Origin: Chara braunii
Lineage: Eukaryota > Plantae > Charophyceae
Reading direction: 5' to 3'
Assembly: GCA_003427395.1 (NCBI GenBank)
Contig: BFEA01000010.1
Coordinates: 7,362,102 to 7,426,101, forward strand
Length of the DNA stretch: 64,000 nucleotides
Shown here: positions 50,700-61,945 of the stretch, in pieces
Layout of the letters: each line of letters begins with the position of its first letter
Position numbering within the stretch: position 1 is the stretch's first letter
Program-made: the position numbers and the translations under genes
The notes under the pieces: model-generated
The model's database searches: none
What the model was told of the DNA's origin: nothing
Seen by the model: the letters and a program-made list of their open reading frames with translations, nothing else

Positions 50700-51843
50700 T
50701 TTTGCATACTAGTGTAGCGAACACAAGTATGATCCAGAACCCAGAACCGACGAATAACAAAGAGAAATACAATGCAGTGGAAGACTGATAAACATGGATC
50801 TGACTCGTATCTGATTCGGACTATACACAGACCCACACACATACATTCATCGGGTGAGAAGGCCTGGCGCTCCAAGCATAGAAGATGGCGCCAGGGCCTG
50901 CGCGAACCACACACAGACGAAATGTAGGGGGAGAGACGTAGGGAGGAGGAGGAGATGGCACCAACACAAATGTCACCGAAATAGTATTCCCGAAATATCG
51001 AAGATACAAAATCTCGAAATGCCGCTGATGTCAAATCTCCGAAAATAGTCCTCCCAACGTCCTAGTCTGAATAGTCTCAGTCCTCATGTCACCGATAGTT
51101 CACCACCGATCTCTGTCCAGATAGTAACCAAGAATGTAGAAGGTGAGGAGGATATGAAGATGAAGAGGAAGAGGAAGAAGAAGAACCGAGAGGGGCAGAG
51201 GAGAAGGTGGAGATGGAGAGGTGGGGAGGAGGACAGTTTTCACTGCCCTTCGTCAGTGTCCAGGTACCAACCTGCTGGCGCACAGTGCCACCTTGGAGCT
51301 GCTGAAGACCTGCCTTCGACGCTGGAGCTATGGTGCTCACAGGTAAGTATCAGGTAAGTCCCTCTACCCTCTCTCTCGCCTCTGCAGCTAGCACTACACC
51401 TAGCGCTACTGCCTGGAGCTGGGCTAAACCAAACTTAGCACAGCGCTGAAGCTCCTCAAAGCCGCGGTCTCAAGTGTGCTGAACAGACCGCTGGCTGGTA
51501 CTAAGTACCGGCGGTGGCCTGTTCAGCCTGGCTGTTGAGAACCCGCACCGTGATCTGAATCGTAGATCAATCTGACGGTTCAGATCCGACCGGCCAGGGA
51601 AACTGCAGCCTCAAGCTTCGGCCGCCAGGTCCAAACGAAAAATGTTTGGGCCGGTTTCCCGCTCAGGGCCTGCAGTTGCAGACCCGGGTCTAAAACCGGT
51701 TGCTGGAGGCCTAAGGTCGGCCTTTTCCAAAGGTCCGACCTTTAGCCCAGGCCAGACTGGCCCAGCATGGCCACGGTCGGGGACAACCCCCTAGACCTAG
51801 CCGTCGGGCCTAACACGGGCCGTGTGGAATCCAGTATGTAACA
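50700..51843 (-). repeat. 5' LTR of gypsy B (1144 bp)
   Basis: T(T)TTGCA...TGTAACA; homologous to 42672-43779 with an extra 36 bp at 51331-51366. Confidence 0.95.
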
Positions 51844-52470
51844 CAGACAGAGTTGGGCGAAACTACTAACCGTTAGACAGAGTTCGATGAAATTATTAAC
51901 TGTAGGACAGAGTTCAGCACTTCTCCATCGTGTTGTGTCTTATGATGGTTTTACCACTTGTGATCCCAACTCCAACATTCGCACCAGTTAGCTGTGGACT
52001 TGCAGGTCCCTGAAAAATCCAAAGGCCGGTGGAAAGCATCCCTTTATGCGTTAACAAGTACATGAATAATCATTTTGGATTGTGCAGAACATCTCTCTGA
52101 GAACTGCAAGAGAGGTTGTCATAGGGAAGCCTTTGAGCAGCCAGGTCAAGCTGGCTGAGAGGCAGTCTAAGAGACCAGCATCATGCCCAACGACTGGCTG
52201 AGTAATATCCCAAGAACTCCAGTCCTTCCCTTGGCCAATCAGTAGCCCATCCAGCATATGTAAGACCTGGTTGATATTCGGGATTCCAAAACTCATGGAC
52301 TAACAACACCAGCTACTACCTGTTCACATTTCGTTCTTGTGCTCCTGTGTCACCTTCGTGTCTCTAAGATGCAGTTGACAGGAGTTCGTGAACACGAGGT
52401 GTAGGCGGGATACCGGACGAGATGTGGCAAGGAAGGCACGGGGCAACACAACATCGTCTCTGTGTTTACG

Positions 52471-52600
52471 TTGATTATTGATATACTTACCAGCACATGC
52501 TAATTGATTATCGATATACTTACCAGCACGTGTTAATTGATTATTGATATACTTACCAGCACATGTTAATTGATTATTGGTATACCTACCAGCACATGCA
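52471..52600. repeat. 33-bp tandem repeat, about 4 copies
   Basis: Units of ttgattattgatatacttaccagcacatgttaa. Confidence 0.9.
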
Positions 52601-53013
52601 AAGAACTCAAGTCCAATACAGACCTTACACACTTGATGCGCACGGAAGACTCAATCTTAAATGAGAATGAAAAACATGAGAGCATATGGTGTAACCGGTG
52701 AACCATTTGCATCTCTGGATCCTCTAATTAGGCAGCGGGGTCCTAGTGCCTTTATTTACAGCCATGAGACTATGAAGAGCGATGCCTGGAAAGGCGTGAA
52801 ACGTTTGTGGTGAACTTGCAAAAGAATGGTTTACTCATTTAGCAACTCTTCTTCAACAAGGGCGCTTCGCGCCAGATAAAGCGATGGACAATGTAAGAGG
52901 CTGCCGTATCTTTGAAATAGACGATTAGGGAGGCTACTCAGACTAGCCGATTTATCAATCAAATACTGTATTAATTGGCTTGCGTTTGCATGAAGCTCTC
53001 TGTCATACCGCTG

Positions 53014-54666
53014 TGCAATAACCCATGCCATATGTCTCGTGGAAACTGAGGCCTAACGCGACCGCCCTCAGCCCAGGCCAAACAGGGGCACACGACCCCA
53101 CATAAGGACTCAGGGCCTGGACGTAAGGTTGACTTTGGTCAATTGTCGGAAATTCCAACAGTCAAAGTCCAAAGGTACCCAGCCCAGGCCGCTGGTCAAG
53201 TACACACACTTGTTTGTATGCAGGTACCCAGACAGCATCAGGTCCAAGGGAGAAGTCTGCAACTGTACAATCCGGGCCTTCAGCTGTGAGTCAATCTGGA
53301 CGACTGTGGGAAAGGCACCCGAGGCCAGACAGCCTCGACGACTGCTACTTAAGGCTGACCTCGTGTGAGTCAAGCATTCAGTCTTGCTATGCTGCTTTGA
53401 CGCTGGCTCGACTTTGACTAGACGCTGGTTTCATGTTGGCGCGACGCTGGCTACATGCTGGCTGTGCACGGCGCTGCGGGCGACAGCACGAGATGGAGGT
53501 AGCATGCTGGCGCTTCCTCAGTGCGCCAGGCTATGCTGATGTGGCGCTGCCTTTGGTCTATGTGGCGCTGCCCTTGATCTACGTGGCATGCTGATGTGGC
53601 GCTGCCTTTGGTCTATGTGGCGCTGCCTTTGATCTACGTGGCATGCTGATGTGGCACTGCCTTTGGTTTATGTGGCGCTGCATTTGATCTACGTGGCATG
53701 CTGACGTGGCGCTGCCTTTGATCTATGTGGCATGCTGATGTGGCGCTGCCTTTGGTCTACATCGTATGATGTGGTGCTGCTACTGGTCTTCATTGAAGAT
53801 GAGGCGTATGCCATTTGTCTCGACTGCTGACGTGGCATTGTCCACGCTGTCTACATGAGGTGGCTGGTTCCGAGGAGGAGGAAGATCGGGATCTGTGGAT
53901 GAAGGAGGTCGGGTACTCACCTGAGGTTGACGTCATCACTGGAATCTGCTATGTCTTCATGGTCTTCACGNATGAAGGAGGTCGGGTACTCACCTGAGGT
54001 TGACGTCATCACTGGAATCTGCTATGTCTTCATGGTCTTCACGAGATTAAGTGCCACGTGGCACTACTGTGTGTGATCAGGAATATGTTTACTATCATTG
54101 TTGACATGGAGAGTAAGTGGGAGGTGCCGCATGTGCAAAACGAAACGCGTTTATTAATGCGCGCGGTCACACCGCAAGTCTAGACATGGTAGTATTGCAC
54201 GTGCGAGCATCTGTCCCTTGAAGATGATGACGTGGCTACATTGAAGATTTCATGATGACGTGGCATGTAGGGCACGGTCTGACGTGGCACGTACCTGTGT
54301 TATCACTGCTTGCTATTGATGTGCTGACACGGTATGCTGGTGTTGAGTGTGTGGCAGAATTGCATTGATGACGTGGCATCCCTCCTAGAAGATCGTTCTG
54401 GTCCTTGACGCTGACGTGGCAGAGCTGCTGTGTTGGCATGCCAAGGGTGACATGTGGCATGCAAAGACTGAGCATTTGTTTGTTGAGAGTTACATTGCTT
54501 CTGCAGATGATACAGTAGGAGCTAACCATTTTCGTGTGGTTGTGTTGGCTTTCTACTTACTTGTTTATTGTCTGTGGTTGCTGTGTGTACTTGTAAGTAT
54601 GCTGTTGTCTTGATCACACTGGCCGTGGCTGTGGTACCTGTACATTTAGTAGGACGTCATCATACA
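53014..54666 (+). repeat. 5' LTR of gypsy C (3' boundary inferred)
   Basis: Start confirmed by the 3' LTR match. End inferred from ...CATACA followed by a degenerate PBS TAGAATCAGAC (8 of 11 to TGGTATCAGAG). Internal GTGGCGCTGCCTTTG repeats at 53536-53760. Confidence 0.6.
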
Positions 54667-54817
54667 TAGAATCAGACAACTGAGGTTAGAACAAGATTTT
54701 ATTTCTGTTTCCTGAATTGTTATTTATTTCTTGCTGAAGAAATTTGGACCGGTGTGACCGTGGAATTTATTATTGAATCATTATTGTTTATTTATTGTGC
54801 GGTAAACACATCTGAAG

Positions 54818-56680
54818 ATGTCTTACATGTGGAACTCTCTGCGTCTCTCCATTCTGACTCGCTTCATTCCTCATCTCTTCCTACCTGTCTCTGTCACCTT
54901 CTTCGCTGATGAGGAAGGTGAAATCCGAACACGTACCCAGATTGAAAATCGACGGCAGCTGATGCTAGATCGCCTTCAACAGCTATTGAATGAGCTGCAT
55001 GGTGCTGGAGCCATGGCTGAACAACACGTACGCAGCTAGTTCGATCTGCAGAAACCAAACTTAAAGAGGCTGATACGGCTGTTCAGATGATGGAGGCCAG
55101 TACGAGAGTGCAACGGGCTATTGATCAGGGCCGAATGACCCTTGATCAATATGTCGCCGAGGAGCTGGCAAAGATTGTTGCAGGCGAGCTGAAAGAACGG
55201 GAAGTAAGAGAAGAAAGGAGGGAAGAAGTAAGAAGGCCAGAACTGAATGAAGATACAATGTTGGCCAACATTAGACAATTGGAAGAAGCGTTGGACGCGG
55301 AAAGAAAAAGAATGGATGAGTACCGAAGGATATAAATTGAGAAAGAACAGCGAGAAAGAAAAATGGAAAAAATTAGACAACAATTTCACATTGAAAGAAC
55401 AGAAACTGACTTTGCATCTGTTCTTGATAACTTGATGGCCTACCTGGGACATCTTAAGTTGAAGATTGATAATAACACTGCCGCATTGGAGTCGGTATTG
55501 AGACTAGTGAAAGGGAAAGATAAAGTGTTAGTTGAGGAAGAGGCCAAGGGGAAAGAAAATCAACCACCCCAAGAGAAACTTCTAAAAGATGCAGTGCAGA
55601 AGGAAAACAAACCCGGACCCTCGAAGAAAGAGACCGAGGAACCGGCAGAAAGAAAGAAGAACCGGCCGAGAAGAAAGAAGAACCGGCTAAGAAGGAAGAA
55701 CCGGTTAAGGAAGCGGAGAAGCCGAAGAAAAAGGAAAAAGTTAAGATGAAATTGCCATTCACGTACAGCAACAAAAAGGAAGAAAACTTGTTGTTGTGGA
55801 TTGTTGAAATACAAACTTACGTAGCGACAACACCCGTGGAGCCTGAAAATCAGGTTGCTTTCTCCACATCTTGTCTGGGAGGAGTGGCCAAGGAATGGGT
55901 GGTGGCGGAAGCCAATGCCGCTGGTTTCAAAGATATAGGTGAGTGGGCTAAGACCTTGACGTTGAGACAATTTCTCCAAAAGATCAAGGAGAGATTTCTC
56001 GACAAAACGATGGTTGAGAAAGCTTTTGATGAGCTCACCACGATAGGCCAAAATCATTGGACTTCTGTTGATGCCTTGTCTCGTGAAGTGGATCGTCTGC
56101 TGCAGGTACCTGGGTTGAATCTTCAAGACAACCAGGTTCTTTATATCTACTCACGTGCACTGCCCGAGCCCATTCGTGGACAGCTCGTGGTCGAATCGAA
56201 GTCTGGTAAGTATAACTATCGGCAGTTTCGTGATCTCGCTCTCCAGAGAGAGCAGATGACCGCTCAGGTAAAGGGGACATACGCTTCCGTAGTGAAATCG
56301 GGACCGGTGGGTGGCTATGGCAAGCGGATCCTTTTGCGGCAAAAGCGCTAGGATCACATGCTTGTGTTATTCGACGATGAGATTGTAGAGAAGTTACCCC
56401 TCGACAAGTATGAGGGAGGAGGAGGTAATGGCGGCAGCGAGCTGGGAAGGGTGACATCGCTACCGTAATGGCCAACAAGGGAGGCCAAAGTCAATGGAAG
56501 AAGGAGAAGAGGCCACGCTCGTTTCCCGAGCATCCCGGCATCGCGTTCGGGAGACCCTAGGAAAAGATTAATATGACACATGAGGAATGGCAGTTCAAGA
56601 TGGACAACCGCCATTGCCTCAAGTGTGGCACAGTAGAACATGTGATATCCTGGTGCCCACTTATTAGAAACCCAAAAGCG
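54818..56680 (+). pseudogene. gag: gag of gypsy C (frameshifted)
   Basis: MKLPFTYSNKKEENLLLWIVEI...VAKEW...FLQKIKERF; CLKCGTVEHVISWCP knuckle at about 56615-56660. Confidence 0.88.
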
Positions 56681-57231
56681 TGCAGCCAGTCGGAGTAGCA
56701 TCTGCCCCTACTGAGTCAACGGGTTTAGACCAAGATAAAGGTAAGGCGCCCACAACCCCTTCTACCCCTTCGATTCTCAAGGTAGAGAATGGCTCTTCTT
56801 CCGCCCGTCGTCCAGAACACCCTGACACAGTACTTTGTTCTGTTTCGTTGGACGATTCCCTTAATGAGCTCGACAATGAACTTATAGCACTACGGAGCTC
56901 GTGGACGAAGAAAGCGAAGTCTAAGGCTGAATTGATGATCGCGGATATTGAGATTGCGCACACGCGAGTAGGTGCCCTGTTACATCCGGGATCGACTCGG
57001 TCTTATATCTCAAAGAAGGCAATTCGTAAGTTGCATCTGGGAATGAGCGTAAAGGATTTACCAAGACCGATCACGTGTATACTGGATGACAAAAGCACGA
57101 TCACTGTCTCTCAATACGTCGATCGTGTTAAGTGCTATTTCAGGATAAATGAAGGTAAGAAGATTCTACACGAGATATCCTTCCTAATTAAGAAGAATTT
57201 GCCCTTTGACATAATTATGGGTATGGATTGA
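56680..57231 (+). pseudogene. Aspartic protease of gypsy C (catalytic D replaced by H)
   Basis: VGALLHPGSTRSYIS...FDIIMGMD. Confidence 0.85.
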
Positions 57232-57345
57232 CATGAGGAAGCCGACCCAGAAGTTAAGTTCAAAGATAAAATTGTCAAACTCAAGGATTAGAAGTCCGGA
57301 CTACGTGCGATAAAGTTATATCATAGGTCTGGCTCCGACTCTACT

Positions 57346-59135
57346 TTGTCTTTCTGTTGTATGAGTTACCCAACTTTCCGATCAATGGTAATAAAGAAGA
57401 AGTTGAATCAGGAGGTGATGATGATGCTTGTCAAGCGAGTTAGTGAGTGTTCCTCATCCGATCCACCTTCTATCGAGAAACCTCTTGACGAATATAAGGA
57501 CTTGCAAACTGAGCCGACGGGAATCACTGAGTGTGCTATTAAGCACACAATCGAGATTATTCCCGAAAGCAAGATTCCCAAGGGTCCTATTTACCGAATG
57601 TCTCCCAGGGAACTTGAGGAACTTCGGAAGCAGTTGCAAGAACTTACTGACAAGGTATGGATTCGTCCGAGTTCATCTCCTTATGGTGCGCCTGTCTTAT
57701 TCGTGCCTAAAAAGGAAGGTGAACTTCGTTTATGTATTGACTATCGTGGGCTGAATTCTGTCACTGTTAAAAACGCGGAACCTCTTCCGCGCATTGACGA
57801 TCTATTGGATCAGTTGCAGGGATGCAGGGATGCAGGTATTTTAGTAAGATTGATCTCAAATCAGGGTACGACAAGATTGAGGTGGCTCCTGAGGATCAAC
57901 ACAAGACGATTTTTCGAACCAGGTATGGTCACTACGAGTTCGTGGTTATGCCTTTCGGTCTGACCAATGTGCCTGCAACATTCCAAAGATCCATGAATGA
58001 GTTATTTCGTCAATTGATTGACCAATTCGTAGTAGTCTATCCCGATGACATTCTAGTGTATAGCAAAACGCTAGAAGATCATGAGAAACATCTACTAATG
58101 GTTTTGCAGAAGTTGGGCGAGGACAACTTTAAACTGAATCCGAAGAAGTCAAAGTTTGTTAAGCCTGAAGTATTGTACCTAGGGCATATAGTAAACGAAG
58201 AAGGACTAAGGCCTGAAAAAAAGAAGATAACAACAATTAGAGATTGGCCACAACCCAAGACTATAACTGAACTAAGATCTTTCTTAGAACTTGCTAACTA
58301 CTATAGGAAGTTTGTCAGAAACTTCTCCTTGATAGCTGCTCCTATGAGAAGATTACTGAAAAAGGAAAAACCTTGGTTGTGGGATAAAGATTGTGAGTCA
58401 TCGTTTAGGAAGTTAAAATATACTTTGACTCACTACCCTGTCTTAAAAATTGTTGATCCTTCTCTCCCTTTCATCGTTACGATTGACGCAAGTCAATATG
58501 GGATTAGGGTTGTGCTACAGAAGGATGACGGTAAAGGATATAGAACTATTGAGTTTATATCCAGGAGACTTCCGTCAGAGAAAGTGGCCAACTCCACCTA
58601 TGAAAGGGAATTGTATGCCTTAGTTGATGCACTAGACACCTGGAAGCACTACTTGTTAGGGAGGCATTTCACTGTTTATTCTGACCACTCTACGTTAAAG
58701 TGGATCAAGACTCAGCCTAAGCTTTCCGACAAGTTGGTAAGGTGGTCCACATTCCTTGATACATTTGACTTTGAGGTGAAAACCATCAAACGTAAGTCTA
58801 ACGTGGTTGCGAATGCTTTGTCCAGACGTGCAGATTTCTTTGAAACCATTGTCTCCTATCTCGATGTTGGAAATGAACTGAAAGAACAGATCCGCCAGGG
58901 TTATGGGAGTGATCCTATTTGGAGTCCTATCATTGGAACTTTACGAAAGAACCCTAAGTTGTTTTCAGAATATCGAATGACTGGTGGCTTACTCTTCTTA
59001 GTGGATAAAATCGAAGAACAATTGTGTGTTCCTCACCTAGAACCAATTAAGAGCTTAATCATTGGGGAATGCCATGATGCGGAAGGTCACTTTGGTTTTA
59101 AGAAGATGTATGTCGATGTACGCGAATGTTTTTAG
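57346..59135 (+). pseudogene. RT and RNase H (plus integrase start) of gypsy C; frameshift from an 8-bp duplication
   Basis: [34 protein letters not shown] (YLDD variant), TIDASQYG, YERELYA, NVVANALSR; TGCAGGGA duplicated at 57815-57830. Confidence 0.95.
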
Positions 59136-60059
59136 TGGAAGGGAATGAAGGAAGATGTACTAACGTATGTGCGGACTTGTCTTGTCTGTCAGAGGAACAA
59201 ACTCTCACATGAGAATCCGATGGGACTATTACGACCACTGCCGATTCCAAGTGAGCCAGGTGAGTCTATCTCAATTGACTTTATGAGCCTCATTAAGAGT
59301 CGAAACGGTGTCGGGCGGCTCCAATACTACGCCGCCCTTTACTTCCTTTATAAGGGCATGCAACGAGACCCTCACTCGACAGTATTCTACGTGGCCGGGA
59401 TTCACCGACCATGAGGCAGACCAACGCTACGACCAACGGGGCTACCGACGTTTACCGACCACGCGGCGGAACGACACTCCGAAGAACGGGGCGGCGGCAT
59501 CCTTGCTTTACAGTATTTTTACATGGCCCGAACTCACCGACCGTGGGGCAGGCCGACGCTACGATCAAGGAGGCTACTTTCTCCGGCCGGGACTCACCGA
59601 CCATGACGCAGGCCGGCACTACGGGCAAGGGGCCCATTGGGCTGGTTGATTTTTCCCCGAAGGGGCGGTCCCGCTAGGACGCGGGGTCCGCCTGGGTCCA
59701 ATTGAATGACGGGACCAGTTTTCACTTACGGGGCCCGGCTGGATTTTCCCCTAAGAGCGGTACCGCTACTGCGTTGGGACCACTTAGGCCCGGGCGGCCT
59801 GGGACAGGCCCGGAAGTAGGCTCGGTACCGGAGCGTTGCAAAGGGCCCGGTTTCTGATAGGAAGGCCCTTTCCACCGGGGCCTTTTCGGAGGCCCAATCA
59901 GGCCCGGGCGCAGCCATGGTACCGAGGCACTGCAAGTGTTTGGCAGCCTCGGTGCACTCGAGGCCGGGGACACACACTGGTGGGAAGGGTCCGGCGGAGT
60001 ACATAAGTCAAACTGGGCCCGGGCACGGGACACTTCTCGCATGCAGAGACGGAGGCACA

Positions 60060-60962
60060 GGACTTCAGGCGCACGACACAGGCGAGAGGGACATTGGCGC
60101 ACGAGGAGACCGCACGCACGAGCTGCCAGGCGCACAACGGAGCACGCATGGACTGGCGCATGAGGAGACTGCACGCACGAGCTGCCAGGCGCACAACGGA
60201 GCACTCACGGACAGGCGCACGGGGAGACAGGCGCACAGGGAGGAGAGACGCAGGGGACATTCTTCGCACACGAGAACAGAGGCGCACGTGACGGGCGCAC
60301 GGAAGGCAGACGAACAACAGGCGCACGGGGAGGTCGTGCGCGTCCACGCCTGCGCACGCACACCCGCGGGATAGCGGGGAGAGGTTGCGTGCGTCCACGC
60401 CCGCGCGCGCACATCCGCGGGATAGCGGGGAGAGGTTGCGCGCGTCCACGCCCNNNNNNNNNNNNNNNNNNNNNNNNNNNNNNNNNNNNNNNNNNNNNNN
60501 NNNNNNNNNNNNNNNNNNNNNNNNNNNNNNNNNNNNNNNNNNNNNNNNNNNNNNNNNNNNNNNNNNNNNNNNNNNNNNNNNNNNNNNNNNNNNCCCGCGC
60601 GCGCACACCTGCGGGATAGCGGGGAGAGGCTGCGCGCATCCACACGTGCACGTTCACACCCGCGGGATAGCGGGGAGAGGTTGCGTGCACGCGCACCTGC
60701 GCGGGGCAGCGGGGAGAGGTCGCGCGCATCCGCGCGCGCACACGCGCCTGCGCGGGACAGCTGGGAGAGGTCGCGCGCGCACGTGCACCTACGCGGGACA
60801 GCGGGGAGAGGTCGCGCGCATCCGCGCCCGCACACGCACCTGCGCGGGACAGCTGGGAGAGGTCGCGCTCATTCGCGCGCGCACGCGCACTTCCGCGGGA
60901 CAGCGGGGAGAGGTTGCGCGCATCCGCGCGCGCACGCGCGCCTGTGCGGGATAGCGGGGAGA
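60060..60962. repeat. GC-rich minisatellite (about 50-60-bp units)
   Basis: Recurring gcggga(t/c)agcggggagaggt(t/c)gcgcgc..ccgcgcgcgcaca; N gap at 60454-60593. Confidence 0.9.
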
Positions 60963-61684
60963 CGCTCCCGTACACTCGCTTAGTCAGACAAGGGGAAGCA
61001 GCGCACAGGAACGCGTGCACGAGCGTATAGCCGCGGCCCATAGCCAGGCACGTGGGGAGAGTCGCGGAGAAGAGGGGCGCACGCTCACGAGCTCGCGGAA
61101 GATCGAGCAGCTGCGTTACAGACCGGGACGCGCGAGACAGCTGCGCGCGCGAGGTGAGTGGGCATGAGAGAGAGCTGCGCCGGCGAGCTAACACCAACTC
61201 GTAGGAGACTGGATCATCGGGTGGAGGGGACTGGGCCAGCACGTGGGAGATCGGGGTACTTGTGCTCACCACGCGAGATACTGGGCAGGCACCGATTGAG
61301 AGGGCGTCACGGCGCAGGCGGATCGGGCATTCGAGGCAGTCGAGTCACCAAGCAGAGAGGACCTCCGAGTACAGTCCTGTTCATCCACTCGCAGGCACAG
61401 CGGCACTACGCAAGACAGCACCTGTATGTTCGCCTCAGAATGGACTCGGTTCATCAGGCGGGGCGGGCTTTTCATGCGCAGCCGGATCACCGAACCGATT
61501 GGCCCTTCTTGAACGAGGTCAGACTACTAAGGGCGAGAGTCATCTGGGCACGGTCAGATCGTCGAGCGACCGAACCGGGTTTTTGGGGCGATTGGGACAC
61601 CAGACCGAACAGGGCTCTTGGGGCGCATTCGGGCACGAGGCGAACCGGCCCTTTCCTTGAACACGGCTGGAACGACGAGTACTC

Positions 61685-61945
61685 TACCGAAGGGGCACTT
61701 TACCGGAGGGGCACTTTACCGAAAGGGGGCACTTTACGGAAGGGGGCACTTTATCGGAGGGGCACTTTACCGAAGGGGCACTTTTTCCGAGGGGGTACTT
61801 TTGTGAAGCGGGCCTTCTGAAGAGGTACGACCGAACCGGGCCATCCCGAGGGGCCACTTTTGTGAAGCGGGCCTTCTGAAGAGGTATGACCGAACAGGGC
61901 TTCTCGAGCAGGTACTTTCGTGAAGCGGGCTCTCCGAAGAGGTAC
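61685..61945. repeat. Short tandem repeats (about 17-bp GGGGCACTTTACCG; three copies of ACTTT.GTGAAGCGGG)
   Basis: Directly visible. Confidence 0.85.

Larger units (their letters stand above)
42672..51843 (-). mobile_element. Full-length decayed Ty3/gypsy chromovirus-type LTR retrotransposon B (9172 bp)
   Basis: Two homologous LTRs (42672-43779, 50700-51843); TSD CAGCC/CAGAC (4 of 5); PBS TGGTATCGGAGC (reverse complement of 50685-50696); PPT at 43780-43792; gag-PR-RT-RH-IN-chromo on the - strand. Confidence 0.96.

Noticed and set aside
53899-54043. 72-bp tandem duplication in the LTR of gypsy C
   Set aside because: Identical copies separated by a single N (53971); most likely a scaffolding overlap artefact.
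54193-54199. TATTGCA as the 5' LTR end of gypsy C (inverse of TGCAATA)
   Set aside because: No PBS follows and LTR-type GACGTGGC motifs continue; 54666 fits better, though neither is proven.
59722-61272. Arg/Ala-rich ORFs in the GC minisatellite
   Set aside because: Stop-poor GC repeat spanning a gap; open in several frames on both strands.
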